NCBI GenBank assembly: GCA_039794085.1
Contig: JBDIWC010000016.1
Coordinates: 12,375 to 76,374, forward strand
Direction: 5' to 3'
DNA length: 64,000 bases
DNA from: Gemmatimonadales bacterium
Lineage (GTDB): Bacteria > Gemmatimonadota > Gemmatimonadetes > Gemmatimonadales > GWC2-71-9
The position numbers and the translations under genes are program-made. Below, in pieces: positions 22,922 through 34,013 of the stretch. Under the pieces are notes generated by a model, which was given only the letters and a program-made list of their open reading frames with translations, was not told the DNA's origin and made no database searches. Numbering within the stretch: the stretch's first letter is position 1; every line of letters begins with the position of its first letter.

Positions 22922-24412
22922 TCATCGGGTCTGGAGGGTGGCTTCGACGAGAGCCCGGGCACCCTCCAACGCCGTGTCGAGCGCGGGCAGAGGCCAGAAC
23001 CCGAAAACGATCACCAAGGCGACCGCAAATGCCACGGTGGCGGCGGCGGGGGAGCTCATCCAGACATGGGCGTGGGCCTCGTCATCCGCTGCCGGGCGCA
23101 TGTACATCGCCATGATGACCGGGAGATAGAATCCTGCGGACACCAGACTCGTCACGACCAGGAGCACCGACAGGACGAGGTGATGCTCACTCACGGCGGC
23201 GGTCAGGATGGTCCACTTTCCGATGAAGCCGACTGTTCCCGGGAAACCGAGAAGTGAGAGCATCGCGATGGTGAGGGCCAGCGAGAGGCCGGGGCGCGTC
23301 CGGCCCAGCCCCGCGATGGTGTCGAGAGTCACATCTCTTTCCCCGCCCCGACCGAGCACGGCCAGTATCCCGAAGGTGGCCAGGGTCGTGAGGACGTAAG
23401 CCAGGAGATACACCAGCATGGCGGTGATCCCGAGGCGGGTACCGGTCGCCACCGCCAGGAGCAGATACCCGGCGTGGGCCACGGAGGACCAGGCCAGCAT
23501 CCTCTTCAGCGAGCGCTGCGAGAGCGCCACCAGATTTCCCCCGATCATCGAGGCGCCGGCCAGCACGCCCACCACCGGCATCCAGACCGAGGTGGCCCCC
23601 GGGAGGGCTTCGATCAGGACCCGGGTGAGCGCCACGAACCCGGCCGCCTTGACGCCCGTGGCCATGAAGCCGGTCACGGGAGTGGGGGCTCCGTCGTAGA
23701 CGTCGGGAGCCCACATGTGGAAGGGGACTGCCGAGACCTTGAACGCGAGCCCCACGAGGAGGAGGCCGATGCCCAGCGCCCCCATTGTGGAAACCGGTGG
23801 TTGGAGAATGAGCCCGATGCTGCGGAAGTCGGTATGGCCGGTGGCCCCATAGAGCAGCGCGATGCCGTACAGCAGGAAGGCGGAGGCAAAGGCCCCGATC
23901 AGGAAGTACTTGAGGGCGGCCTCACTCGAGAATCGGCTTCGGCGATCGTACCCCGCCAGCACGTACACGCCCACGGACATGACCTCAAGCCCGAGAAAGA
24001 GCACGATGAGATCGGTGGCTCCCGCCAGGAACAACATGCCCGTGGCGGCGAGGAGGATCAGGACGTAGTACTCGGGAGCGTTCATCTCCTCACGTTCCAT
24101 GTAGGCAAGGCTGAAGAGAATGGAGCCGGCCGTGGCGAGGAGGATGATCCCGAGAGAGGCGTAGCGGAACCCGTCCATCGCCACCATCGCCAGGGAGCCG
24201 CGGGAGTCCGGGGACCAGGCCCAGAGGACGCCGAGGGCCACGGTGGCGAGCCCGGTGCCGGCCAGGCTGATCCATCCGACGAGGCGGGAATCGGCCGGGG
24301 TCGTGTGCCGCCACGCGGTGGCAAGGAGGGCCACCACAGCGGCCAGGGTCAGCACGAGCTCGGGGAGCAGCGCGAGCGTGATGCCGAGGGGAGTGTCGAG
24401 GTCGAGGATCAT
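22922..24412 (-). CDS. nuoN: NADH-quinone oxidoreductase subunit N
   Basis: EAALKYFLIG, FKVSAVPFHMWAPDVYDGAPTP, KRMLAWSSVAHAGY. Confidence 0.97.
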   Translation of the reverse strand: MILDLDTPLGITLALLPELVLTLAAVVALLATAWRHTTPADSRLVGWISLAGTGLATVALGVLWAWSPDSRGSLAMVAMDGFRYASLGIILLATAGSILFSLAYMEREEMNAPEYYVLILLAATGMLFLAGATDLIVLFLGLEVMSVGVYVLAGYDRRSRFSSEAALKYFLIGAFASAFLLYGIALLYGATGHTDFRSIGLILQPPVSTMGALGIGLLLVGLAFKVSAVPFHMWAPDVYDGAPTPVTGFMATGVKAAGFVALTRVLIEALPGATSVWMPVVGVLAGASMIGGNLVALSQRSLKRMLAWSSVAHAGYLLLAVATGTRLGITAMLVYLLAYVLTTLATFGILAVLGRGGERDVTLDTIAGLGRTRPGLSLALTIAMLSLLGFPGTVGFIGKWTILTAAVSEHHLVLSVLLVVTSLVSAGFYLPVIMAMYMRPAADDEAHAHVWMSSPAAATVAFAVALVIVFGFWPLPALDTALEGARALVEATLQTR

Positions 24413-25962
24413 CGTGCACCTCCCGCGACGACGGGGCCGGGACCGGGGGGTGGAGTGGGGATCCCCACCGTCTCCAGATAGTGCCGGGTGGCGGGCTCGA
24501 TCCGCCGAAGGACAGGGTTCGGGTAGAGACCCATCCAGAGGATGCCCGCCAGGAGGGGCATCAGCACGAGCAGCTCACGGGAGGTGAGGTCGGGGAGACC
24601 GGCATTGGTGTCGGGGTTGAGACGTTCGAAAATGATGCGCTGGAGAGCCCACAAGAGATAGGCTGCCGCGAAGATGACACCGGTTGTGGCGAGAACCGTG
24701 GCCAGAGGGAACGTGCCGTAGCTCCCGAGGAGCACCAGGAATTCCCCGACGAACCCGTTCAGTCCCGGGAGGCCCACCGAGGCGAGGGCCACCACCGTGA
24801 AGATGAGACTGAAGACCGGCATCACGCGGGCCAGACCGCCAAAGGCGGAGATCTCCCGGGTGTGGCGGCGCTCATACAACATGCCGATGAGAAAGAAGAG
24901 CGCCCCGGTGGAGAAGCCATGCCCGATCATCACCATCATCGCCCCTTGCACGCTCTGCACCGTCCCGGCCCAGATGCCCAGCATGACGAACCCGAGGTGA
25001 CTGACCGAGGAGTAGGCCACCAGCTTCTTGATGTCGGGCTGAACCATGGCGACCAGGGCACCGTAGATGATCCCGATCACGGCCAGCACGGCCACCAGGC
25101 CCGAGACGAACGAGCCGAGGGCCACCTCAGGGAAGAAGGGAATGGCGAACCGGAGAAACCCGTAGGCTCCCATCTTGAGCAGCACGCCCGCGAGGATGAC
25201 GCTTCCGGCCGTCGGCGCCTCGACGTGGGCGTCGGGCAACCAGGTATGGAACGGGAAGACCGGAACCTTGATGGCAAAGGCCAGGGCGAAGGCGGCGAAG
25301 AGCCACGGCGCGAGCGAACCGAGGTGGCCAGCATGGGTCAAGAGATGCTGATAGTCGAACGACAGGGTTCCCGTGGCCTCGCCGATCCGCCAGACCATGG
25401 CGAGGATGGCCACCAGCATCAGCAGCGACCCGGCCATCGTGAACACGAAGAACTTGATCGCGGCGTACAGACGATTGTGACCACCCCAGATCCCGATGAG
25501 AAAGTACATCGGAATGAGCATGAGCTCCCAGAACACATAGAACACGAAGAGGTCGAGCGCCAGGAAGACGCCGAGCATCCCGGCCAGGAGCGCCAGGAGG
25601 AAGCCGTAGTAGCCGCGTTCCTTCGTGGTGATGGAGGTCCAGCTCCCCAGCACCGCGAGCAGGGTCAGTCCGGTCGAGAGCAGAACCATGAAGAGACTGA
25701 TGCCATCGATTCCGAGCGTGTAGTGGATCCCCCAGGCGGGCAGCCAGGGAGTCGAGGTCACCAGGGCCATGGTGCCGGCCGAGAGGTCCACCCACCAGAG
25801 ACCCAGGGAGAGCACGAACTCCAGGGCGGTGATACCCAGGGTGAGGGATCGGGCATGGCGGGCGGGAGCCAGCGCCACCGGAAGGACCCCGAGGAGCGGC
25901 ACCACGATGAGGGCGTGGAGGATCCACTGCCCGTAGAGAATGGAGTCGAGGAAGGCGGCCAT
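24409..25962 (-). CDS. nuoM: NADH-quinone oxidoreductase subunit M
   Basis: FWELMLIPMY, KVPVFPFHTWLPDAHVEAP, LLKMGAYG, KKLVAYSSVSH. Confidence 0.97.
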   Translation of the reverse strand: MAAFLDSILYGQWILHALIVVPLLGVLPVALAPARHARSLTLGITALEFVLSLGLWWVDLSAGTMALVTSTPWLPAWGIHYTLGIDGISLFMVLLSTGLTLLAVLGSWTSITTKERGYYGFLLALLAGMLGVFLALDLFVFYVFWELMLIPMYFLIGIWGGHNRLYAAIKFFVFTMAGSLLMLVAILAMVWRIGEATGTLSFDYQHLLTHAGHLGSLAPWLFAAFALAFAIKVPVFPFHTWLPDAHVEAPTAGSVILAGVLLKMGAYGFLRFAIPFFPEVALGSFVSGLVAVLAVIGIIYGALVAMVQPDIKKLVAYSSVSHLGFVMLGIWAGTVQSVQGAMMVMIGHGFSTGALFFLIGMLYERRHTREISAFGGLARVMPVFSLIFTVVALASVGLPGLNGFVGEFLVLLGSYGTFPLATVLATTGVIFAAAYLLWALQRIIFERLNPDTNAGLPDLTSRELLVLMPLLAGILWMGLYPNPVLRRIEPATRHYLETVGIPTPPPGPGPVVAGGAR

Positions 25963-25966
25963 GGTT

Positions 25967-28012
25967 CTAGCGCCCCACGGCGTAGAGGACCCACACCACG
26001 CCGGCCAGGAAGAAGATGACGTAGACTCCCACCTGCCCGGACTGCAGGCGGCTTCCCACCCGTCCCAGGCCGCGCATCAACCGGGCGGAGCCGTTGGCCA
26101 GCCCCCCGTCGATCACCCCCTGGTCCATGCCCTTCCAGAGCACCACCCGGGACAGGGTGACCAGAGGGCCGACGATGAACTCGTGGTACACCTCGTCCAC
26201 CCGATACTTTTCGTACAGAAGCCGGGCCCAGCCCACGTCCGGTTCGGCATCGCGGGCGGGAACGGTGTCGGCCCGGAGCGTAGCCCGGACTCCCCAGGCC
26301 AGGCCGATCACCGCGATGGCGATCGCTCCGAGAATGAGTGCCGTCTCTGTGGCACCGCGAGGCAGTTCCACGGAAAGGATGGCGAGCGCGGGCGCCAGAA
26401 CCGGCTCGAGCCAGTCATCGAGCAGATGATGCGGCCCCGCGGGCATGAAGGCGGGCAGGTTGAGCACTCCCCCGATCACCGCCAGCACGCCCAGCACGGC
26501 GAGGGGGCCGGTCATGATCCAGGGAGCCTCATGCAGGTGGGGTCGCTCCGCCGGTCCGGTGCGGTTGGACCCATGGAAGGTCATGATCATCAGGCGAGCC
26601 ATGTAGAACGCCGTGATCAGAGCCGCGAGCGCTCCCATGGCCCAGAAAAGGTACCAGATCGGCTCGTCCGCCCCCCGGGAAAATGCGAACGCCAGGATCT
26701 CGTCCTTGGAGAAGAATCCGGAGAACCCGGGAACGCCGGCGATGGCGAGGGTGGCGAGCCACATCAGAATCCAGGTCCAGGGAAGCGCCGAGCGCAGCCC
26801 CCCCATGTTGCGCATGTCCTGAGCGTCTTCGTGGGAGTGGGTGGCATGGTAGGCATGGTGCATCGCGTGGATCACGCTGCCGGCCCCCAGAAAGAGGAGT
26901 GCCTTGAAGAAGGCGTGGGTGACGAGGTGGAAGATGCCCGCGGCCCAGGCCCCGGTGCCCACGGCGAGGAACATGTAACCCAGCTGCGAGACGGTGGAGT
27001 AGGCCAGGACCTTCTTGATGTCATACTGTCGCAGCCCGATGGTGGCGGCGAAGAGCGCGGTCAGCGCCCCGACCCCCGCGACGACCATTCCGGTGGTCGG
27101 CGCCAAGGCAAAGAGCACGCTGGTACGGGCCACCAGGTAGACCCCGGCCGTCACCATCGTGGCGGCGTGGATCAGGGCGGATACGGGCGTCGGACCGGCC
27201 ATGGCGTCCGGAAGCCAGACGTAGAGGGGAATCTGGGCCGACTTGCCGGTGCAGCCGAGGAAGAGAAACAGGGTGATCGCCGTGATGGCCGCTCCCCCCA
27301 TCGGGAAGAGTTCCGGCGCGCGGGCCGCGAGGTCGGTGAAGCTGAGGCTCCCCACCGTCTGCCACAACATGAACATCGCGATGAGTACCCCGAAGTCTCC
27401 GATCCGGTTCACGATGAAGGCCTTCTTGCCCGCGTCGGCGTTGGCCTTCTCGGCATACCAGAAGCCGATGAGGAGGTAGCTGCAGAGTCCGACCCCCTCC
27501 CATCCGATGAAGAGAACCGGGAGGCTGGATCCGAGCACCAGAACCAGCATGAAGACGACGAACAGGTTCAGGTAGGCGAAGTAGCGGGCATATCCCGGGT
27601 CGGTCCTCATGTAGCCGACACTGAACAGGTGAATCAGGCTCCCGACTCCGGTGACCACGAGCAGCATCACGAGGGAGAGCTGATCGACCTGGAGCGTGAG
27701 ATCGAGGGAGAGGCGTCCGGCCGCGATCCAGGACCAGAGGGGGATCAGCGCCGGCTCATGCGCTCCGGACCCGCTGTATCCCAGGAAGGCCGCGACCGCC
27801 ACACCAAAGGCGGCGAGGAGAACGCCCGGCCCGATCAGGGACACCAGCCCGGTGGCCGTGGGTCGTCGGAGGGCCAGGATACCATTGGCCAGAAACCCAG
27901 CCAGCGGCAGGGCGATCGTGAGCCAGACGAGCTGGACGGCGACGGGGAGGTGTCCGTTCGCCGCCTCCTGGGTCACGGCCAGCGCCGGGAAAAGGAACGA
28001 GGACATGCTCAT
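25967..28012 (-). CDS. nuoL: NADH-quinone oxidoreductase subunit L
   Basis: [54 protein letters not shown] overlaps the nuoK stop. Confidence 0.97.
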   Translation of the reverse strand: MSMSSFLFPALAVTQEAANGHLPVAVQLVWLTIALPLAGFLANGILALRRPTATGLVSLIGPGVLLAAFGVAVAAFLGYSGSGAHEPALIPLWSWIAAGRLSLDLTLQVDQLSLVMLLVVTGVGSLIHLFSVGYMRTDPGYARYFAYLNLFVVFMLVLVLGSSLPVLFIGWEGVGLCSYLLIGFWYAEKANADAGKKAFIVNRIGDFGVLIAMFMLWQTVGSLSFTDLAARAPELFPMGGAAITAITLFLFLGCTGKSAQIPLYVWLPDAMAGPTPVSALIHAATMVTAGVYLVARTSVLFALAPTTGMVVAGVGALTALFAATIGLRQYDIKKVLAYSTVSQLGYMFLAVGTGAWAAGIFHLVTHAFFKALLFLGAGSVIHAMHHAYHATHSHEDAQDMRNMGGLRSALPWTWILMWLATLAIAGVPGFSGFFSKDEILAFAFSRGADEPIWYLFWAMGALAALITAFYMARLMIMTFHGSNRTGPAERPHLHEAPWIMTGPLAVLGVLAVIGGVLNLPAFMPAGPHHLLDDWLEPVLAPALAILSVELPRGATETALILGAIAIAVIGLAWGVRATLRADTVPARDAEPDVGWARLLYEKYRVDEVYHEFIVGPLVTLSRVVLWKGMDQGVIDGGLANGSARLMRGLGRVGSRLQSGQVGVYVIFFLAGVVWVLYAVGR

Positions 28013-28305
28013 CCGTGCAGGAGGTTGGTGGACCGGAGGTCGATGCTGGCCCCGTGACGGAACATGGCCAGGATGATGGCCAGGCCGACAGCGGCCTCGG
28101 CGGCGGCGACCGTCATCACGAAGAAGACCATCACCTGCCCGCCCAGGCCATGGTATTGCGCCAGAGCCACGAACGTGAGGTTGACCGCGTTGAGCATGAG
28201 CTCGACGCACATGAAGACCACGATGGCGTTTCGGCGGACGAGAACACCCACCGTGCCGATGCAGAACAGCAGGGCCGAGAGGGTCAGGGCGGGGCCAAGG
28301 AGCAT
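28009..28305 (-). CDS. nuoK: NADH-quinone oxidoreductase subunit K
   Basis: [30 protein letters not shown]. Confidence 0.97.
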   Translation of the reverse strand: MLLGPALTLSALLFCIGTVGVLVRRNAIVVFMCVELMLNAVNLTFVALAQYHGLGGQVMVFFVMTVAAAEAAVGLAIILAMFRHGASIDLRSTNLLHG

Positions 28306-28865
28306 CAGAGTTTCCGCTTTGCGAGGACAACCGCCCCGACCGCGGCGGTGAGCAGGAGGATGGACGTGATCTCGAACGGCACCAGGTAGCTTCGGAAGAG
28401 AGGCTCGGCGACGACGCCCACCGCGCCCCGGGTCTCCGTCAACAGGCGGAGAGAATCCCCCATCGCGAGGACGCTGGTCGCCCCCCCGGCCGCGGGTCGG
28501 CTGGTCACGTCCACCACGAGCCGATCGGGGGTGTACCGGCCCAGCACCATCAACTCCACCACCAGGGCCAGCGCGAGGCCTGCCGCCATGACCCAGATGG
28601 GGCCGGTCCGGAAATCACCCTGGTCGCGGCCCAGATTGAGGAGCATGATGACGAACAGGAAGAGGACCATCACCGCGCCGGCATAGACCAGCACCTGGAT
28701 CGCGGCGATGAACTGCGCGCCCAGCAGCACGTAGATGGCCGCCAGGGCGAACATCGTGGAGACGAGCCACATGGCCGCCGCCACCGGATTCCGTTGCACG
28801 ATCGTCAACAGGGCGGACACCAGCGCCGCCGCCGCGAAGATGTAGAAGACGAGCTCGGTCATCAT
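28305..28865 (-). CDS. nuoJ: NADH-quinone oxidoreductase subunit J
   Basis: [29 protein letters not shown]. Confidence 0.96.
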   Translation of the reverse strand: MMTELVFYIFAAAALVSALLTIVQRNPVAAAMWLVSTMFALAAIYVLLGAQFIAAIQVLVYAGAVMVLFLFVIMLLNLGRDQGDFRTGPIWVMAAGLALALVVELMVLGRYTPDRLVVDVTSRPAAGGATSVLAMGDSLRLLTETRGAVGVVAEPLFRSYLVPFEITSILLLTAAVGAVVLAKRKL

Positions 28866-29368
28866 TCGCCCCGGGGGTCCGCAGGGTCCCACAGGGTGGA
28901 CACGGCGTGGGTCTGGGCGGTCAACCTTTCCAGATCATACACGAAGCGCTCCCGCTGGTATTCGGCGTTCTCGAAGTGCACACCCACGTGGATGGCCTCC
29001 TCGGGGCACACCTCCTGGCAGTAGCCGCAGAACACGCACCGGAACTCGTCGATCTCATAGATCAGGGGGTAGCGATTCCCGTCCTCATCTTCCCCCGGAA
29101 CCAACTTGATGCAGTTGGCGGGACAGATCTGGGGACAGAGCCCGCAGGCCACGCACTTCGAGCGTCCCTGCTCGTCGGCCATCATCCGGTGGGTGCCCCG
29201 CCACCGCGGCGAGAGGCTCCACTCGTCGGTGCTCTTCTGCTCCGGGTACTGCATCGTGACCTTGGGCTCGAACATGTGGCGGAATGTGAGGGACATTCCC
29301 GTCAACGCGGCCCGGATGTAGCTGGTTTCCCGTCCCGGTCGGGTGAGAACCTTGACGCCGATCGCCAT
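28862..29368 (-). CDS. nuoI: NADH-quinone oxidoreductase subunit I
   Basis: Two CxxCxxCxxxCP motifs (CVACGLCPQICP, CVFCGYCQEVCP). Confidence 0.96.
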   Translation of the reverse strand: MAIGVKVLTRPGRETSYIRAALTGMSLTFRHMFEPKVTMQYPEQKSTDEWSLSPRWRGTHRMMADEQGRSKCVACGLCPQICPANCIKLVPGEDEDGNRYPLIYEIDEFRCVFCGYCQEVCPEEAIHVGVHFENAEYQRERFVYDLERLTAQTHAVSTLWDPADPRGE

Positions 29369-30615
29369 CAGGACACTCCCTCGGAGCGGCCAGGCTCCGC
29401 CATCGGAAGAACAGACCGCCGCGGGCCCACCCCCGCAATGATGACCCCGCGGTCAAGGATGAAGAACACGAGATACCCCAGGACCAGATTCAGCCCGAAC
29501 AGGAGGAACATCTTGAGGCGCGGACTGGTCACCCCGAGTCCCTGGTCGATGCCGACGATGGCAAACCCGGTCACCATGATGTACGCGAGAGCCAGGGGGA
29601 GCATGAACTTCCACCCGATGGCCATCAACTGGTCATACCGGAACCGGGGAAGGGTCCAGCGGATCCACATGACGAAGAAAATCCAGAACAGCACCTTGAG
29701 GAACATGACCCCGGCCGTGGCCACCGCCGGCACTATCCCTCCCCCTTCGTCCCAGCGCGTGAACGGGATGTCCCACCCGCCAAAGAAGAGGGTGACGACC
29801 ATCGCCGCGATGGTCACGATGTTGGCATACTCCGCGATGAAGAACATCGAGAACTTCATCGCGCTGTATTCGGTATGATATCCCGCGACCAGTTCGGACT
29901 CCGCCTCGGGCATGTCGAACGGGAGCCGGTTCGTTTCCGCAAATCCCGAGATCAGAAAGATGAAGAACGAGAGGAAAAGTGGCAGCACGAACCAGAGCCC
30001 TTGCTGCTGCTCCGCGATGATGGCACTGAAGGACACGTTGCCCGACAGGAGGAGCACGGGAATGAGGCTCATCCCCATCGCGACCTCGTAACTCACCATC
30101 TGGGCACTCGCCCGCAGGCCGCCCAGCAGGCTGTACTTGCTGTTGGAGGACCATCCGGCCAGGGCGATCCCGTACACCCCGAGGGAGCTGATGGCCAGGA
30201 CGAAGAGAAATCCGATTGGCAGGTCCACCACAGCCAGGGGCATCAGCCCCTGGTGCACGAAGCGTCCGATCAGAGGAAGCGTGAAGTCGAAGTCGACCTG
30301 GAGCGGAGCCCCCCAGGGAATCACCGCGCCGAGGAGCATTGCCGGGATGAAGGAGAGAGCGGGAGCCAGCATGAAGATGATCGGGTTGGCCTGGCCCGGG
30401 AGGGTTTCCTCCTTCAGGATGTTCTTCACCCCATCGGCGGCGGGTTGCAGGAGGCCGGCCCACCCGACCCGGTTCGGGCCCCGCCGGTTCTGCATCCAGG
30501 CGGACACCTTCCGTTCCATCAAGGTCAACAGCGCCACCCCGACCATGGTGACGGTGAACACGGCGAGCATCTTGATCGTGGAGAGGAGCAGGAACCCCTT
30601 GAGTTCCGGCGTCAT
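29368..30615 (-). CDS. nuoH: NADH-quinone oxidoreductase subunit H
   Basis: ERKVSAWMQNRRGPN, QMVSYE, AETNRLPFDMPEAESELVAGYHTEYS, PRFRYDQLM. Confidence 0.97.
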   Translation of the reverse strand: MTPELKGFLLLSTIKMLAVFTVTMVGVALLTLMERKVSAWMQNRRGPNRVGWAGLLQPAADGVKNILKEETLPGQANPIIFMLAPALSFIPAMLLGAVIPWGAPLQVDFDFTLPLIGRFVHQGLMPLAVVDLPIGFLFVLAISSLGVYGIALAGWSSNSKYSLLGGLRASAQMVSYEVAMGMSLIPVLLLSGNVSFSAIIAEQQQGLWFVLPLFLSFFIFLISGFAETNRLPFDMPEAESELVAGYHTEYSAMKFSMFFIAEYANIVTIAAMVVTLFFGGWDIPFTRWDEGGGIVPAVATAGVMFLKVLFWIFFVMWIRWTLPRFRYDQLMAIGWKFMLPLALAYIMVTGFAIVGIDQGLGVTSPRLKMFLLFGLNLVLGYLVFFILDRGVIIAGVGPRRSVLPMAEPGRSEGVS

Positions 30616-32192
30616 GCCTGCGCTCCCGCGTCGGCCACGATCCGCCCGGTCAGTCCCAGCCGCGAGGGCGTGATTCCGTCGAGCGCCGGGATGACCGATG
30701 CCACACTGGCCATGGCGTCATCCACCCCCGCCTCCGCTTGTCGCCCCGGTTCAAGCCGGGACCAGGCTTCGGCCGCCACCCACCAGGCGGGTCGCGCCAT
30801 GCCCGGGGCATGACGGGCGGGATGGTACGCCTGGGCTCTGCCGTCGCGGTTGATCCAGGTTCCCTGCTCCTCGGCCATCGTCGAGACCGGGAGCACCTGG
30901 GCCACGGTGCCGGGCCACTCCCGGTCAAGGGTGTCGAGCAGGCACACCGTCCCGGTGGCCGCAGCGAGCCGGTCGAGGAGCTCGGGCAGGTGCAGATCCA
31001 GGACCATCACCAGGGCCGCTGAGGCCACCCGGTCGAGCGTGGCGTCCCAGGCATCGGTGTATCCGACGAGGCGGGCCCCGAGAGCATTGGGGACCCGCTC
31101 TGCCCGCAGGGCAAGATTGGGTATGCCCGGAAGCGAGTGCTCCTCGCCCTGCGGGATGTGGACCGCGGCGCTCACCGTCCCCCCCGCGGCTTCCGCGAGG
31201 CGGCGGAGCAAACCGAGCGATTCGGTGGAGGCACGTGCGGAGGCCAGGAGGACCACGTCCCCCTGCCCCGCGTCCCGGACGGCGGCGGCGAGCCGATCGA
31301 GCGCATCGTCCCAATCAGTGGCCCGCAGACGTCCCCCCTCGCGGATCAGGGGGGCCTCGACCCGGTCGCCCCGGTTCATCCACCGGTAGTCGAGCCGACC
31401 ATGGTCACAGATAAAGTGGCGGTTGACATCGAGGTTGGGTCGCGGGCGGAGCCGAACCACCACATCGTCGCGCGTGTCGATCATGATGTTGCATCCCTGG
31501 CTGCAGCCGGGGCAGACACTCGGGCTCTTGTCGAGATCCCAGGCCCGGGCCTTGTGCAGGAAATCCTTCGAAATCAGGGATCCCACCGGGCAGAGATCCA
31601 CCACGTTGCCCGCCCACGGATGATCCAGGGCGTGATCGGGATCGATGCCGATGTACGCCCGGTCCCCCCGCTCCGACACGTTCAGCACCGGCGTCTCCGC
31701 CACGGCGTCCATGAATCGCACGCACCGGGTGCAGAGGATGCAGCGGTTGGGGACGTAGAGGACATCCGGTCCGAACTCCTCGACCGGATTGAACCGTTTC
31801 GGATAGTCGGCGTAGCGGGTGCCGGAGCGGCCCTCCTGGAAAACATAGTCCTGGAGCTCGCACTCCCCCGCCTGGTCACAGATGGGGCAGTCGAGAGGAT
31901 GGTTGATGAGCAGGAACTCCAGCACTCCCTCGCGCGCCTTTTCCGCAGCCGGACTGTGGACCTGAACCACCTGACCCTCCGCCACGGTCGTGACACAGGC
32001 GGGCAGGAGTTTGGGTGCCTTCTCCACCTCCACGAGACACATCCGGCACACCGCCGGAGAGGGGAGCGAAGGATGGTAGCAGTAATGCGGGATGAGAACC
32101 CCCGCCTGCTTGGCGGCCTCGATCAGCGTCGTTCCCTTGGGAACGGAGACCGTGGCACCGTCGATCGTCAGGGTGACCAGTTCGGTTGTCAT
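30612..32192 (-). CDS. nuoG: NADH-quinone oxidoreductase subunit G (short form)
   Basis: HYCYHP...CRMCLV...C, NHPLDCPICDQAGECELQ, CILCTRC, CPGCSQGC. Confidence 0.95.
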   Translation of the reverse strand: MTTELVTLTIDGATVSVPKGTTLIEAAKQAGVLIPHYCYHPSLPSPAVCRMCLVEVEKAPKLLPACVTTVAEGQVVQVHSPAAEKAREGVLEFLLINHPLDCPICDQAGECELQDYVFQEGRSGTRYADYPKRFNPVEEFGPDVLYVPNRCILCTRCVRFMDAVAETPVLNVSERGDRAYIGIDPDHALDHPWAGNVVDLCPVGSLISKDFLHKARAWDLDKSPSVCPGCSQGCNIMIDTRDDVVVRLRPRPNLDVNRHFICDHGRLDYRWMNRGDRVEAPLIREGGRLRATDWDDALDRLAAAVRDAGQGDVVLLASARASTESLGLLRRLAEAAGGTVSAAVHIPQGEEHSLPGIPNLALRAERVPNALGARLVGYTDAWDATLDRVASAALVMVLDLHLPELLDRLAAATGTVCLLDTLDREWPGTVAQVLPVSTMAEEQGTWINRDGRAQAYHPARHAPGMARPAWWVAAEAWSRLEPGRQAEAGVDDAMASVASVIPALDGITPSRLGLTGRIVADAGAQA

Positions 32193-32196
32193 CGGT

Positions 32197-33504
32197 TCAT
32201 ACTCCGGCGAGCGCGTGGGTGCGCCCGGCCGTCAGGTAGGCCTCGAAATCGGCGCGGAACTTCTGAATGCCGCTGACCACCGGTGCAGCGCAGGAATCGC
32301 TCAGGACGCAGATGGTCTTGCCGGTCATGTTCTCCGCGAGATCGAGCAGCAGATCCAGGTCGCTGGCCTTTCCCTCGCCCCGGAGGATCCGTTCGAGAAT
32401 ACGGACCGTCCACCCGGTCCCCTCCCGGCACTGCGTGCACTGAGCACACGACTCATGGGCATAGAACCGGGTGAGCCGGTAGATCTCGTAGACGATGTCG
32501 GTGGAATCGTCCATGACGATCATTCCCCCCGAGCCGAGCATCGACCCCGCCGCCACGACGCCCTCGTAGTCGGTCACACAGCCCTCGACCTCCGTGGTGT
32601 TCAGGATCGGCACCGAGGAGCCGCCGGGAATCACGGCCTTCAGGGTACGTCCGGGACGCATGCCGCCACACAGGTCGAAGATGAGATCCCGCATCGGGGT
32701 GCCCAGCGTGATCTCATAGTTTCCCGGCCGCATGACATGACCGCAGACCGAAATCAGCTTGGTCCCGGTACTCTTGGGGTTGCCGAGCGACAGACCCCGG
32801 TACCAGTCGGCCCCGCGGGTCAGGATATGAGGGACGGCCGCCAGCGTCTCGACGTTGTTGATCGTGGTCGGAAGGCCGAACAGCCCCGCCTGGGCGGGGA
32901 ACGGGGGTTTGATGCGGGGATTGCCACGTTTGCCCTCGATGCTGTTCATCAGGGCGGTTTCTTCGCCGCAGATGTACGCCCCCGCTCCGCGATGCAGCAC
33001 GATGTCGATGCGGCGGCCCGACCCCAACGCCGAAGAACCGAGTACGCCGACGGCATAAGCCTCCGCCACCGCCTCGGTCATGATGCGCCATGGTTCGGTG
33101 AACTCGCCGCGGATGTAGATGTAGCAGCGCTCGGCGCCGATGGCATGGCTCGCGATGGCGCACCCCTCGATCAGGGCGTGGGGCGTCCAGCGCATGATCT
33201 CGCGGTCCTTGAACGTGCCCGGCTCCGATTCGTCCGCATTGCAGACGAGGAAGTGCGGTCGGCCGTCCTCCTTCGGCATGAACGACCACTTGAGGCCGGT
33301 CGGGAACCCCGCGCCGCCCCGGCCGCGCAGTCCCGACGATTTCACCACCTCCACGACCTCGCTGGGGGGCATGGCGAGGGCCTGGCGCAGGGCGGTATAT
33401 CCCCCGCGCTCGACCCAGCCGGCGTGAGAGCGGGCTCCGGGGTCGCCGAAGTACGTCGAGAGAACCGGGGTTTCCCCGGGATGGAGCGGATGGGGAAATC
33501 CCAT
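32197..33504 (-). CDS. nuoF: NADH-quinone oxidoreductase subunit F
   Basis: GLRGRGGAGFPTG, NADESEPGTFKD, GAGAYICGEET, ESCAQCTQCREG. Confidence 0.97.
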   Translation of the reverse strand: MGFPHPLHPGETPVLSTYFGDPGARSHAGWVERGGYTALRQALAMPPSEVVEVVKSSGLRGRGGAGFPTGLKWSFMPKEDGRPHFLVCNADESEPGTFKDREIMRWTPHALIEGCAIASHAIGAERCYIYIRGEFTEPWRIMTEAVAEAYAVGVLGSSALGSGRRIDIVLHRGAGAYICGEETALMNSIEGKRGNPRIKPPFPAQAGLFGLPTTINNVETLAAVPHILTRGADWYRGLSLGNPKSTGTKLISVCGHVMRPGNYEITLGTPMRDLIFDLCGGMRPGRTLKAVIPGGSSVPILNTTEVEGCVTDYEGVVAAGSMLGSGGMIVMDDSTDIVYEIYRLTRFYAHESCAQCTQCREGTGWTVRILERILRGEGKASDLDLLLDLAENMTGKTICVLSDSCAAPVVSGIQKFRADFEAYLTAGRTHALAGV

Positions 33505-34013
33505 TATTCGTACCCCTGCAGAAGACCGGCGACCCGCTCCGGCGTCACGCTCTCGATGAAGTCGTCATCGATCAGCATCGGAGTGGCAAAGCCGCACGCG
33601 CCAAGGCACTCGACCTCGACCACGGTAAACCGTCCATCGGGGCTGGTCGCGCCTAATTCACCACACCCGGTTTCCTTCAGGAGAGCGCCCACCACGTCGG
33701 CCGATCCGTTCAGGTGACAGGGGGACGTGGTGCACACCTGGATGACGTGGCGGCCCATCGGGTGCTGATGATACATCGTGTAGAAGGTCACCACGCCGCG
33801 CACGTGGGCCGGCGTGAGCCCGAGGACCGTGGCCACCTCGGCGATGGACTCGGGACTGATCCAGCCGCGAGCCTCCTGGATCATCCAGAGAGCGGGCAGG
33901 AGGCACGCCTGCCGGGTCGGGTAGCTGTCGTAGAGCGCCTCGAGGCGCGCGAGGGTGTCCCCGGTGAAAACGGGCGAGTGGGTTCCCGCCTCGGTCGCGT
34001 GCGCGGCACTCAT
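33504..34013 (-). CDS. nuoE: NADH-quinone oxidoreductase subunit E
   Basis: VVTFYTMY, VCTTSPC, VECLGAC. Confidence 0.96.
   Translation of the reverse strand: MSAAHATEAGTHSPVFTGDTLARLEALYDSYPTRQACLLPALWMIQEARGWISPESIAEVATVLGLTPAHVRGVVTFYTMYHQHPMGRHVIQVCTTSPCHLNGSADVVGALLKETGCGELGATSPDGRFTVVEVECLGACGFATPMLIDDDFIESVTPERVAGLLQGYE

Noticed and set aside
30612..32192. NuoG as a molybdopterin enzyme linked to the moa genes
   Set aside because: It sits at the normal nuoG position with standard Fe-S motifs and a shortened C-terminal domain; the moa genes are about 14 kb away and separately transcribed.
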